31,804 nt of DNA, from positions 1 through 31,804 of IMG/VR virus record IMGVR_UViG_3300037484_001249. The stretch is one strand, 5' to 3'. The notes below the pieces were generated by a model that saw only the letters and a list, made by a program, of their open reading frames with translations, ran no database searches and had not been told where the DNA came from. Below, piece by piece: positions 17,717 through 26,556 of this stretch. Source of the DNA: a virus. Taxonomy: Duplodnaviria > Caudoviricetes. The translations under genes were made by a program, and so were the position numbers. Position 1 is the stretch's first letter; every line of letters begins with the position of its first letter.

Positions 17717-17743
17717 GGTGGTCTCCTGACCGGGCTTCGCGGC

Positions 17744-18145
17744 CTACTGCGGGAGGGGCCTGCCGCGGTTCGCCTTGAGGGCCTCGTGGTACTTCCGAAG
17801 CTCCGCGACCTCTGCGTCCGTCGCGAGGCGGTAGACGCTCGCGCCGCCCGTCGCCGGGTCGCAGGTGAGGAGCTTCGCCGCGTCGGCCGCCGCGAACGCC
17901 CGGATCCGGACCTCGCCCTCCCGGCCCTTGTCCATGATCGGCAGCGCGAGGAACACCTCTTCGCCCAGGCACGCGGGGTCGATGACGTTCACGTTGCGAT
18001 GGCGTGGGTGGGGCTTGCTCGAGTACCGCAACGTGATGCCCTGGGGCGGGCGGGGCTTCTCCGCAGCGGGAGGATCGGAGGCCGTCGTCGCGGGGTCGGA
18101 GGTCTCGTACGCGGCGGAGGTCTCCGCCTGGTCCTTCTTCGCCAT
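17744..18145 (-). CDS. Hypothetical protein following the major capsid (133 aa)
   Basis: GAGGT RBS before ATG 18145 (MAKKDQAE...). Confidence 0.75.
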   Translation of the reverse strand: MAKKDQAETSAAYETSDPATTASDPPAAEKPRPPQGITLRYSSKPHPRHRNVNVIDPACLGEEVFLALPIMDKGREGEVRIRAFAAADAAKLLTCDPATGGASVYRLATDAEVAELRKYHEALKANRGRPLPQ

Positions 18146-18180
18146 GTGAACCTCGATGTGAGGGAAGCTGGGACGGGGGG

Positions 18181-18220
18181 ACGGAGACGGGGCCCGGAAT
18201 GAGCCCCGCCCCGTCTCCGT
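18181..18220 (-). terminator. 13-bp stem hairpin after the major capsid gene (terminator or mRNA stabiliser)
   Basis: ACGGAGACGGGGC (18181-18193) / GCCCCGTCTCCGT (18208-18220); no U-tract. Confidence 0.55.
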
Positions 18221-18225
18221 ATGGA

Positions 18226-19146
18226 TCACCGCAGGTAGAAACCGCCGAACGCGCCGCGGATGACCTTCCACCCGTAGAGCACGTCGAGCGTGAGCTGCTC
18301 GCCGAGCTTCGCCGCGTTGTAGGCGCGGATCACGCGGAGCCCGAGGTTGCCGGTGTCGGCCTCGGGAACGCCCGTGATTACCTCGGCCTCGACGACACCG
18401 CTCGAGGGGAGCGGCAGTGGGCGGGTGGCGAGCGCGAGCCCCTGCTTCGGGGAGAGGTACAGGTTGTGGATCGCGCCACCGACCGTCTGGACGTACTGCG
18501 ACTCGATGAAGTTGACGCCGTACTTCGAGAACTCCGCGGGGGCGTTCTCGGCGATCTCGCTCGAGCCGGTCTGCGAGGCGTCCCGGTACTCGGGGAGCTG
18601 GAAGATGTCCGAGACCCCCGTCGTCGACATGAACATGTAGATCGGGGAGCTGCGGGGTACCTTCTGGTCGCGCAGGTTCTTCCGCGCCGCGATCATGTTG
18701 GCGTGGTCGATGCCGACGCCGGCCGCGCCGAGGTCCGCGATCGTCGTGAACCCGGCGTGGGCGGCGACGAAGCCGGCGACCTCGATCGCCTCGGCGAGCA
18801 CGATCGCGGCGTCCTCCGCGTAGCCCTGCACGATGTCCTGGTTCGAGAACGCCTTCGCCACGTCCTCGAACAGGAGGCTGATCTCCTTGTGGTTGTCGAG
18901 GGTGATCTGGACGTTCGTCGTGTCGGGCGCCTGGTAGGTGACGTCGGCGTCCGCCGCCTTGTCGTTCGCGGTCAGCGCGCCGCGGAGCGGGACCTGCACG
19001 GTCTCGCCCTGCTGCGCGAACATCGGCTCCCAGTTGCGATCGGCGACACGACCCAGGGAGAGGTTCCCCGCGAGCGCACCGAGCGCCATCGTGGCGACCT
19101 GGACGGCGATCGTGTCGTCGACCTTGGTCTTGGTGACGTTGGGCAT
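18226..19146 (-). CDS. Major capsid protein, P22 coat-like (HK97 fold)
   Basis: QGETVQVP, VQITLDNHKE, LALATRPLPLP and LDVLYGWKVIR motifs; AAGGAAG RBS. Confidence 0.9.
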   Translation of the reverse strand: MPNVTKTKVDDTIAVQVATMALGALAGNLSLGRVADRNWEPMFAQQGETVQVPLRGALTANDKAADADVTYQAPDTTNVQITLDNHKEISLLFEDVAKAFSNQDIVQGYAEDAAIVLAEAIEVAGFVAAHAGFTTIADLGAAGVGIDHANMIAARKNLRDQKVPRSSPIYMFMSTTGVSDIFQLPEYRDASQTGSSEIAENAPAEFSKYGVNFIESQYVQTVGGAIHNLYLSPKQGLALATRPLPLPSSGVVEAEVITGVPEADTGNLGLRVIRAYNAAKLGEQLTLDVLYGWKVIRGAFGGFYLR

Positions 19147-19196
19147 ACAGCTTCCTTTCTTTCAGCAGCCCCGTCCTTGCGGGGCCCGGTGATCCG

Positions 19197-19889
19197 TCAC
19201 TTCACCGCGGCAGCGCGGGCCCGCTGATCGGCAGCGAGAGCGGCTTCGGCCTTCCGCTTCTCCTCGCGGGGGAGGCGGGGGTTCGCCTTGATCTGCAGGT
19301 TCTTGCTGCGCTCCTCGTCCGAGAGCAGGCCGGCCTGCGGCTGCGTCGGAGCGGGGCGCGGAGCGGTGGCGGGTGTGGTGGGCGGCTTCGGAGGTGCAAC
19401 CCCCTTCCCCGCCCCATACATGGACACGGCGATCTCCTTCGTGCGCGGGTCGGCGTCGACCGGAACGCGAGCGCGGACGTCCTCGGGCAGCGCTGCGAAG
19501 TCCTGAGCCACCTGGGCCTCATGCCTCGCGCGCTCCGCGGCTTCGCGCTCTTCCCTCTCGGACCTGAAGGATCGAAGCGGCTCGAGCTCCTGCTTCAGCG
19601 CCTCGATCTCCTTCGCCCGAGCCTCGGCGAGCTCCTTGTGCTTGCCCTGCTCGGCGAGACCCGCCTCGTCGGCCTTCTTCTTCGCCTCGGCGGTTTCGCG
19701 CGCCTTCGTGCGGTACTGCGCCGCCTCGGCGCGCGCGCGCTTCAGCTCGGCCTCGAGGATCGCGACGCGGTCCTCGCCTCCGGGCTTCGGCGGTGGGGTG
19801 GATTCCGGCTTCAGCTCGTCCTGCGCCTTCGGCGCGACCTCCGGGGTCGACGTCGTGGGCTCCTGGCCCGGCGTAGCTTCGTTTGACAT
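19197..19889 (-). CDS. Capsid scaffolding protein
   Basis: AGGAG RBS; ELKRARAEAAQYR...EQGKHKELAE coiled coil; directly upstream of the MCP. Confidence 0.8.
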   Translation of the reverse strand: MSNEATPGQEPTTSTPEVAPKAQDELKPESTPPPKPGGEDRVAILEAELKRARAEAAQYRTKARETAEAKKKADEAGLAEQGKHKELAEARAKEIEALKQELEPLRSFRSEREEREAAERARHEAQVAQDFAALPEDVRARVPVDADPRTKEIAVSMYGAGKGVAPPKPPTTPATAPRPAPTQPQAGLLSDEERSKNLQIKANPRLPREEKRKAEAALAADQRARAAAVK

Positions 19890-19967
19890 GTGCGCTCCTG
19901 GCGCGTGACTGCCCACCCGGCGGCGCCTGGCCGTCGGTTCGGGGCTGGGGTTGACGAATGGTTCGGG

Positions 19968-20576
19968 CTACTCGTCCGCCGTCTCGGCGGCGGGCTTCTC
20001 GTGGGCGCTCGCGACGCAGCAGCACGAGCATCCGCAGCTCGGGCACACCGTGGCGCCACAGATTGGGCAGCGTGCCGGCGCGTTGCTCCCGTCCGGCATC
20101 TTCTTCGCGGGCGCATGCGGGGCGTAGAGCTTCGCGAGCGCCCCCTTCGCGTGCAGGCTCATTGCCTGTTCGATCGCGCCGGCGACGTCCTCGACATCCG
20201 GGTCCGCGAGGATGTCGCGGACCGCCGCACCGAACGCGTGACAGGCGTCCATCTCCTGCGCTGCCTCCGGGTAGATCGCCGCGAAGTCGCTCTCGGCCGG
20301 ACCGCAGTGCTCGCACGTCCCGCGCGAACACGCGGAATCGGTGTTCGCGGTAGCGCATGGGGCGCCGCAGCAGCCGCGCGGACTCTCGCCGGGCCCCGCC
20401 GACATGTACGGGCCGCCGTAACCGGCATCCGAGACCGCCGACGAGCTAGCCACGCCAGCGGTCTCGTAGAGCAGGCGCGCGGCGACGGCCTCGACCTTGT
20501 GTGTGCGACCGATGTCGCGCGCGACGTTCGGGTAGCGCTCGGCGAATGCGCCGACGCGCCAGGCGGGAGCCGACAT
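19968..20576 (-). CDS. Cys-rich hypothetical protein (202 aa, 15 Cys)
   Basis: Fills the gap in the head operon; clusters GCCGAPC..C..CEHC and CPICGATVCPSCGCSCCC. Confidence 0.7.
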   Translation of the reverse strand: MSAPAWRVGAFAERYPNVARDIGRTHKVEAVAARLLYETAGVASSSAVSDAGYGGPYMSAGPGESPRGCCGAPCATANTDSACSRGTCEHCGPAESDFAAIYPEAAQEMDACHAFGAAVRDILADPDVEDVAGAIEQAMSLHAKGALAKLYAPHAPAKKMPDGSNAPARCPICGATVCPSCGCSCCCVASAHEKPAAETADE

Positions 20577-20585
20577 GCGCGTCCC

Positions 20586-21428
20586 CTAGTTCCGCGGCTC
20601 GAAGAAGAGGGAGACGACGCCGGAGACCGCGCCCGTGTATGTGCCCGTGAGGGTGACGTCCATCGTCACGAGCTCGCCGCCCGTGGTGCTCATCGCGTCG
20701 AAGCCGTTCGCGAAGGTCGCGGCGGAGCGCGCGAGATGCGCACCGCTCACGACGAGAGGGATCGCGTTCTCGGCCGATCCCGGATTCCTCGCAGTGATCG
20801 TGACGACGTTCGTCGCGGCGGCTGCCGTGACTCGTCCCTTGATCTCGGACGAGGTCGAGGCGTTGATCGCTGCCGCGAGATTCGTCGCCGCTGCGTTCTC
20901 GTCGGCACCGACGTTGAATTGGTTCCCGAGAGCGCCACTCGCAACGGACGTGAAGGCGACGCCGTTCACGGTCGCGATCTCGCCCGCCGCGAGGCCCGCC
21001 GAGATCGTCACCGTGCCGTAGGCGGCGACGCTTCCGGAGATCACTGGACGCGTCCCCCCCGTCGGGTTCGAGAGCGTCCCCATCCGCGAGCCGTTGACGT
21101 TCGTCACCCGGTTCGCGCCAGCAGCGAGCGTGAAGCCGCCATTCGTGGAGGTGAGCGCGAGCGTCGCGCGCTTCGGACCAGCGACCCAGCTCGTGCCGCC
21201 CACGCCGGCGCCGACCTGATAGATCACGGCATCGCGAAGGATGGCGCCGCCAGGCGGGAGCGTGCAGACGTTCGCGGCGACGACGTCCGCCGTCGTCGAG
21301 AACGTGTACGTGCAGACGTGGTAGCGGAGGGGAGTCTTGTAGGCGAAGCTCGAAGACTGTCCCGCGCTGCCGAGCGACGGCGCGAGAAGAGAGAGCGCGG
21401 CCAGGGCCGCGACGAGGAGGCGCTTCAT
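20586..21428 (-). CDS. Signal-peptide-bearing decoration/cement-like protein with an inserted domain (280 aa)
   Basis: AAGGAAG RBS before ATG 21428; MKRLLVAALAALSLLAPSLGSA|G signal; TLPPGGAILRD...TGAVSGVVSLFFE jelly-roll-like ends. Confidence 0.75.
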   Translation of the reverse strand: MKRLLVAALAALSLLAPSLGSAGQSSSFAYKTPLRYHVCTYTFSTTADVVAANVCTLPPGGAILRDAVIYQVGAGVGGTSWVAGPKRATLALTSTNGGFTLAAGANRVTNVNGSRMGTLSNPTGGTRPVISGSVAAYGTVTISAGLAAGEIATVNGVAFTSVASGALGNQFNVGADENAAATNLAAAINASTSSEIKGRVTAAAATNVVTITARNPGSAENAIPLVVSGAHLARSAATFANGFDAMSTTGGELVTMDVTLTGTYTGAVSGVVSLFFEPRN

Positions 21429-21463
21429 CGTGTCTTCCTTTCCCCGGGTGAGCCCGGGACGTG

Positions 21464-22027
21464 TCAGCGCTTGCGCGCAGAGTCGATGAGCCTGCGAAGT
21501 GATGCCTGCCCTATGGCGCGGAGAAGCTGCTGGTACGCATCGCGCGCGAGCGAGGTCTTGTCCTCGTTGGTGAGCCCGAAGAACTTGCGGGTGCGATTGT
21601 TCCAGTAGGCCTTCGCTGCGTTCGCGATCCGGCCACCCATCTCGCGCGCCACGAGGTCGGCCTTCTCGCCGGTTCGCTTGTGCTTTGGAGCGCGCGTTCG
21701 GGCGACGAACTGCACCTTCGCGCTCGTCCCCTGGAACCCAATCAGCGCTCGCTGCGGGTTGACGTCGAGCACCGTCATCCCGCCGAGCATCCCACCTCGA
21801 AGCCAGAGATCGGGCTGCGTCGAGAAGCCCGCGCGCCGCCGCTTTTCCTCGTAGTCGGCCGAGTACGGCTTGAAGGCGTTCGTGTCGACATCGAGCCCCA
21901 GCTTCGTGCGCCGCTTGATGCGACCAATGCCGAAGAGCGCGAGCCGGTGCAGGATCGCCTTCCGCGCTTCCGGCGGCACCGCCTCGTCGAGCGTCGGCAG
22001 GCGAACGGTGACGTCGCCTCTCGCCAT
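21464..22027 (-). CDS. Virion morphogenesis protein (Mu gpG-like)
   Basis: IKRRTKLGLDVDTNAFKPYSADY...PDLWLRGGML...RKFFGLT motifs; start ATG 22027. Confidence 0.75.
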   Translation of the reverse strand: MARGDVTVRLPTLDEAVPPEARKAILHRLALFGIGRIKRRTKLGLDVDTNAFKPYSADYEEKRRRAGFSTQPDLWLRGGMLGGMTVLDVNPQRALIGFQGTSAKVQFVARTRAPKHKRTGEKADLVAREMGGRIANAAKAYWNNRTRKFFGLTNEDKTSLARDAYQQLLRAIGQASLRRLIDSARKR

Positions 22028-22087
22028 GGGATCGGCCTCGCTCTGGGGCTCCCGGCGTGATGCCGGCCGCGCTATCCTGTTCCACCG

Positions 22088-22276
22088 GTGCCCACCTGCA
22101 TCCGCTGCCGTCGAGACACCGACCCGCCGACCGACGACCTCGAGGTCCGCCTCGACGGGCCCGAGATGCTCGCCGCGATCCGGGAGACCGACCGCGAAGA
22201 GCTCGACGAGGCCCAACGCGCGTTCGTCGAGGCGCTTGAGGCGGGGCTGTGCCCGGCGTGCGGGCGCGCCGTCTAG
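22088..22276 (+). CDS. Antisense 62-aa Zn-ribbon-like protein
   Basis: CIRC...CPAC with an acidic helical core; TATCCT at 22073-22078 upstream; fills the intergenic gap. Confidence 0.6.
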   Translation: MPTCIRCRRDTDPPTDDLEVRLDGPEMLAAIRETDREELDEAQRAFVEALEAGLCPACGRAV

Positions 22277-22401
22277 CTCGGCTTGGGTTCCGCCACCTTC
22301 CCGATCGCCTCGCTGTGGCAGTACGGCAGGCACTGCCGGCATGTGCAGTGGAACAGGTACTTTCCCGTGTTGAGGCACCAGCGCGCGAAGACCGTCTTCA
22401 T
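22273..22401 (-). CDS. 42-aa Cys/His-rich micro-protein (MKTVFARWCLNTGKYLFHCTCRQCLPYCHSEAIGKVAEPKPS)
   Basis: ATGA overlap with the gpF-like stop; below the ORF-track size cutoff. Confidence 0.5.
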   Translation of the reverse strand: MKTVFARWCLNTGKYLFHCTCRQCLPYCHSEAIGKVAEPKPS

Positions 22402-23306
22402 GCCGCCTTCCTCCTCGCCTTGCCCAGGCTGACCCGGAATGCCTTCTCCGCCGGCCCCTCGTAGCCCTGCAGCAGGATCTTCCGTGCCAGCGTCGCGCCC
22501 GGCGCGATCGCGAGTCGTCCGCGCCGCTCCACCAGCTCGAGCGCATCGACAAGCGAGAGCGGGTCGAGGCCGTGTCGGCAGCGGTACCCACCAAGGAAGC
22601 GTGAGACCGGCTTCGGCTGGTTCTCCCCGTTGTCCATGTCGTCGAGGTCCTGGAGCGTCACGATCTTGCCGACGAGATCCGCGCAGAACGGCCGGATGAT
22701 CCCGTCGTCGGGGCCGTCGTAGAAGAAGAGGTCGATCCCCGCCTCGGCGGACTCGACCGCGAGCCCGTCCCGCGCGAATGCCATGAGCTGCGTCTCGGCC
22801 TCGACGATCGCCTGCCGGAGCGTGACGCCGGCGACCTTCGCGAGTTCGTCCAGCGTCTTACTGATCGTCGCGTTCGTGTGCCCGGCGATGACCAGAACCT
22901 CGCGGAGCTTCGCTCCGGCCTCCTCGCCGCGGAGCATGATGCGGTCGATCGAGCCCGTCGCCACCCGCGAGAGAGATCGCAGATTGGCGGACGAGAACGA
23001 GCGGCCGAGCTTCCCGCGGACCCCGATGTCGTTCGCTTGCGCGAGTGCCGAGAACGCGTCGAGCACTTCGCCGAGCGCCTTCTCCCAGCCTAGCGTCCGC
23101 AGGATCCCCGCGTACTCGTTCCCGAGCTTCGTTGCGAGCTCGACGTTGAACGCGTCATCGGCGAGCCGGCCGCTCTCCATCTTCGCGCGCGCAAGGACCT
23201 CGGCGAGGTACCGGCGGAGCTGTACGAGGATCGTCGCGACGTCCCGGCGCAGGGTCCTGATCGCGTCCTGCGTGAGCGCGTCGATGACGTCGGCGTGGCC
23301 GTCCAC
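22398..23306 (-). CDS. Head morphogenesis/minor capsid protein (Mu gpF/SPP1 gp7-like)
   Basis: YDGPDDGIIRPFC...GGYRCRH C-terminal motif; directly after the portal. Confidence 0.85.
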   Translation of the reverse strand: MDGHADVIDALTQDAIRTLRRDVATILVQLRRYLAEVLARAKMESGRLADDAFNVELATKLGNEYAGILRTLGWEKALGEVLDAFSALAQANDIGVRGKLGRSFSSANLRSLSRVATGSIDRIMLRGEEAGAKLREVLVIAGHTNATISKTLDELAKVAGVTLRQAIVEAETQLMAFARDGLAVESAEAGIDLFFYDGPDDGIIRPFCADLVGKIVTLQDLDDMDNGENQPKPVSRFLGGYRCRHGLDPLSLVDALELVERRGRLAIAPGATLARKILLQGYEGPAEKAFRVSLGKARRKAA

Positions 23307-23309
23307 GGG

Positions 23310-24851
23310 CTACTCCTTGGGCGGGCGCTCCTCGTCCTCGTCGTCCGGCTCCCTTCCGTCGTTCGGCGGCGCCCCGCGCATCTGCTCGCGGCGGCGGGCG
23401 AGCCCCAGCGGATCATCGAGCGGCTCGAGCGTCTGCGGCGGCTCCTCCTCGTCGATGCGCTTGGCGATCTCCTTCGCCTCCTTGAGCGAGACGCCGCGGT
23501 CCTGGGCGATCGCCTCGACGCGCGAGATCAGCCGAGCCTTCTTCTTCGCGAGGATCGTCTCGACCTTCTGCGCGTCGTCGACGGGCATCTGGATCTCGCC
23601 CGGGGTCCAGCGCATCTCGATGTCCTCGGGGAGTGCCTTGGCGCCCTCCGCCTGCGCGTAGGCGTTGTGCACCGCCCAGAAGACCTCCCACACCCGCCGC
23701 ATCGGGTCGCGGTAGACTTCGACGGCGTCACCGCGGATCTCGAGGAGCGGCCGCAGTTCGATCTGTAGCGCGATCCCCGATGCCACCGCGCGCGCCTCGA
23801 TCGAGACCGAGCCGGCCGGGATTCCATGGAGCACCGCAGAGAGCTTGATGCGGCTCTCGGCGAGCGCGAGAAGCTCGGCGATCGGTGCGCTTGCGTTGAT
23901 GAACTTCGCTGTGACGCCCTCGTCGAGCGAGATCGCCGTGTTCGGTGCCCGGACGATCTTGCCCGGCGTCTTCCCGCCGGCCGCCGTCTCGAGGACCATC
24001 ACACCGAAGCCCTGCTGCTCAGCGATGTGGTGCAGATCGGTCACGAGGATGTTCACGCCACGGTTTGCCGGGATGAGATCCGAACCCTCGAGCGTGAAGA
24101 GCCCGAGTTCCTCCGTGTGCGCCGAGAAGAGCACGAGCGGGACGACCGTTCGCCCGTCGGGCGCCCTCATTGGATCGCCCTCGTCGCGCGAGAGGATCCG
24201 GATCGTCTTGTGCTCCTCGTCGCTGCGCTCCTCGAGAACGAGGTGCTGCTCTTCGCCTTCGCGCGCGCACCAGACTTCGAACCGACGCGGCCCGCTCCCG
24301 CGGACGCCCGCCTCGCTCGCCACCTCGATTGCGACACCGTGCGCGCGGTCGAGATCCATCGGGGCTTCGGGATCCATCACGACGCGGATCGTGTGCGAGA
24401 AGACGACCTGAGCCGTGAGCCGGCCGGGCGTGTGCCCGAACCGCAGCCCACACGTCCGCATCAGCGTCGTGTATGCGTCCACGCGCTTCAGTCGTAGCCC
24501 GAGCCCCATCGCCTCCTGCGTCTTCGCCCACCACTTCAGAAGATCCGCGTTCGTGATCGGCTCGCCGTCGGCGACGAGCTCGAGCTTGGTCGAGGCGAGG
24601 AAGACCTTCGCCTGCTCGCGGACGAGATGCCGCGTGATCGGCAGCGCCCAGGGCGTCATTGACGCGTGCGTCTCGGGGAACCGGCGTTTCAGTTCGGCCT
24701 TCGTGTCGTCGAGCTGCTGGTCGAGGTAGTAGCGCAGGCGGAGCGCCATGTCCTCGTCGTACCCCTCAGGCTTCCACTTCCCGGCCTGCTCGCAGAACGC
24801 ACACCAATCGCCGTCCGCCGACGCGTCGGTGAAGGGGAAACGGGCGGTCAC
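23310..24851 (-). CDS. Portal protein (513 aa)
   Basis: Start reassigned to GTG 24851 (GTGA overlap); VVPLVLF, ASGIALQIELRPL, LISRVEAI motifs; position after terL. Confidence 0.85.
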   Translation of the reverse strand: MTARFPFTDASADGDWCAFCEQAGKWKPEGYDEDMALRLRYYLDQQLDDTKAELKRRFPETHASMTPWALPITRHLVREQAKVFLASTKLELVADGEPITNADLLKWWAKTQEAMGLGLRLKRVDAYTTLMRTCGLRFGHTPGRLTAQVVFSHTIRVVMDPEAPMDLDRAHGVAIEVASEAGVRGSGPRRFEVWCAREGEEQHLVLEERSDEEHKTIRILSRDEGDPMRAPDGRTVVPLVLFSAHTEELGLFTLEGSDLIPANRGVNILVTDLHHIAEQQGFGVMVLETAAGGKTPGKIVRAPNTAISLDEGVTAKFINASAPIAELLALAESRIKLSAVLHGIPAGSVSIEARAVASGIALQIELRPLLEIRGDAVEVYRDPMRRVWEVFWAVHNAYAQAEGAKALPEDIEMRWTPGEIQMPVDDAQKVETILAKKKARLISRVEAIAQDRGVSLKEAKEIAKRIDEEEPPQTLEPLDDPLGLARRREQMRGAPPNDGREPDDEDEERPPKE

Positions 24852-25168
24852 GCCGCAGGCTCCTCGGGAGCAACCGCAACGACACGGCTCTCGTCCCACT
24901 TCGAGCGAGCAAGGAACGCTCGGATGTCGGCGAGCGCACCGATGCGCATCCGATCGCCGTCGAGCTTCACGATGCCCTCACGCACGAGCCTGTTCTCGAC
25001 GTACTGCGCGACGACGGGCGAGACGCCGAGGCGCGCGAAGCCCGCCCGCAATCGGGAGAGCGTGAACCCCTCGTCGCCCGCCTTGTGGATGGCGTCGAGG
25101 AGCCCCTTCACGAGGTTCTCGCGGGCAATCCTCTCGCGCATCTCCGGGGGAACGGCGATCGATGCCAT
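24848..25168 (-). CDS. Hypothetical protein, possible winged helix (106 aa)
   Basis: AAGGGG RBS before ATG 25168; GFTLSRLRAG...VENRLVREGIVKLDGDRM. Confidence 0.6.
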   Translation of the reverse strand: MASIAVPPEMRERIARENLVKGLLDAIHKAGDEGFTLSRLRAGFARLGVSPVVAQYVENRLVREGIVKLDGDRMRIGALADIRAFLARSKWDESRVVAVAPEEPAA

Positions 25169-25182
25169 GGCTTCCCCTTGTC

Positions 25183-26556
25183 CTAGAGCGACGGGATGGT
25201 GCGGGCGCCGGGGCCAGACGCCTCGAGATGTCGGCGGACCGCGAAGTAGCGGATCGCGTCGCACCCGTGGTCGTGCAGCCCGTCCTTCACTGGATCATCC
25301 CCGACCGGCCTGCCGTCCTTCGCCTCGGGATACGCGTAGCCCTCAAGGTCCTTCACGATGCCGCGTGCCGCGGTCGGCTTGTCGAGCGACTTCGCTACGA
25401 GGAGCCGCGCCTCGCCGCGCGCGTTCTTCAGCATGCCGCGGACGATCGCGACGCCGTTCGGGATGTGTCGCCAGCGCGGTTCCGTCGTGAACCGGATGTC
25501 CGGGCGCCCGTTGGCGCAGTGGATCGAGCGAAGAACCGCCACGTCGTTTAGGCCGCTCGCGGATTGCGTCCCCTCGCCCGCCGGGTCGCAATCGATCTCG
25601 TCGATTTGATACCCTTTGTCCTTCGCGCGCCCGGCGAGCAGCTCCGTCGTGATGTTCTCGTCCGTGAATTCGTCGAAGACGATCCAGGCGCCGCCCACAG
25701 GCGCGCGAAGTGGGCCTGCCGCGGTTATGAGCACCGTCCCGCCCGGCACGAGCTGCGCCCATCCGACGTACGGTCGCCGGTACCCAAAGTCCCAGAATTC
25801 GATCGTGCGAAGCCCGGGCCGGTACGCCCACTCCACGAGATGCGTCTTGCGCTCGAACTCCTCGTACACCGCACCGACGAGAAGCCCGAATTCGCCGTCG
25901 ATGAGAACCCGCGCCTCGCGCGCCGAGTAGGTGCGCTCGAGTTCCTCGATGGTGCCGGGCGCCAGGTGCGCGGCGTTCTCGCGCGTCGATGCGTGGACTA
26001 CGCCGCGGCCAGGCTTGCCGCTGTTGAACTCCCTCCACAGCCACCCCGGCCGCGGCGTGCCGGTGACGTAGCCCTGGATCCACTTCGCCTTCGGGTCACG
26101 AAGGCGACCGACGAGGACCTGGAACGCGCGCAGCTTGCAGTCGCCCGGCTCGTCCATCCAGAACCAGGCACCATTCCATCCCTCGAGCGACCTCGGGCTG
26201 TCCGCCGATCCCCAGTACGTCCGTGCGCCGTTCGGGTGCAGGAAGTACCGCTTCCCGACGTTGACCTCGGCGATCCACTCCTTCGGGCAGAGGCCGGCGT
26301 CCGGGTCGTCGACGTCGAAGAATGTCCGCAGCGCGCCCCTCGAGAGCTGGCCGTACGTGGGCGCGACGATGACGCCGCTGCAGCCCGGATTCGCGGCGAT
26401 GAGATCGAGGGCCTTCTCCGCTCCCGTGCTTGTTTTGCCCGATCCGTACCCGCCGAACATGCCGGCGATACGTTCCCGCGCGTCGAGGAACCGCTGCTGC
26501 GAGGGCGTCGGCAGGCGGTCCGTCGCGTCGAGCTCGATGACCGCGCCCGACGCCAT
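25183..26556 (-). CDS. terL: Terminase large subunit
   Basis: Walker A GGYGSGKT, VAPTY, Walker B WFWMDE, TGTP, nuclease WDFG...DPAG...DHGCDAIRY. Confidence 0.95.
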   Translation of the reverse strand: MASGAVIELDATDRLPTPSQQRFLDARERIAGMFGGYGSGKTSTGAEKALDLIAANPGCSGVIVAPTYGQLSRGALRTFFDVDDPDAGLCPKEWIAEVNVGKRYFLHPNGARTYWGSADSPRSLEGWNGAWFWMDEPGDCKLRAFQVLVGRLRDPKAKWIQGYVTGTPRPGWLWREFNSGKPGRGVVHASTRENAAHLAPGTIEELERTYSAREARVLIDGEFGLLVGAVYEEFERKTHLVEWAYRPGLRTIEFWDFGYRRPYVGWAQLVPGGTVLITAAGPLRAPVGGAWIVFDEFTDENITTELLAGRAKDKGYQIDEIDCDPAGEGTQSASGLNDVAVLRSIHCANGRPDIRFTTEPRWRHIPNGVAIVRGMLKNARGEARLLVAKSLDKPTAARGIVKDLEGYAYPEAKDGRPVGDDPVKDGLHDHGCDAIRYFAVRRHLEASGPGARTIPSL

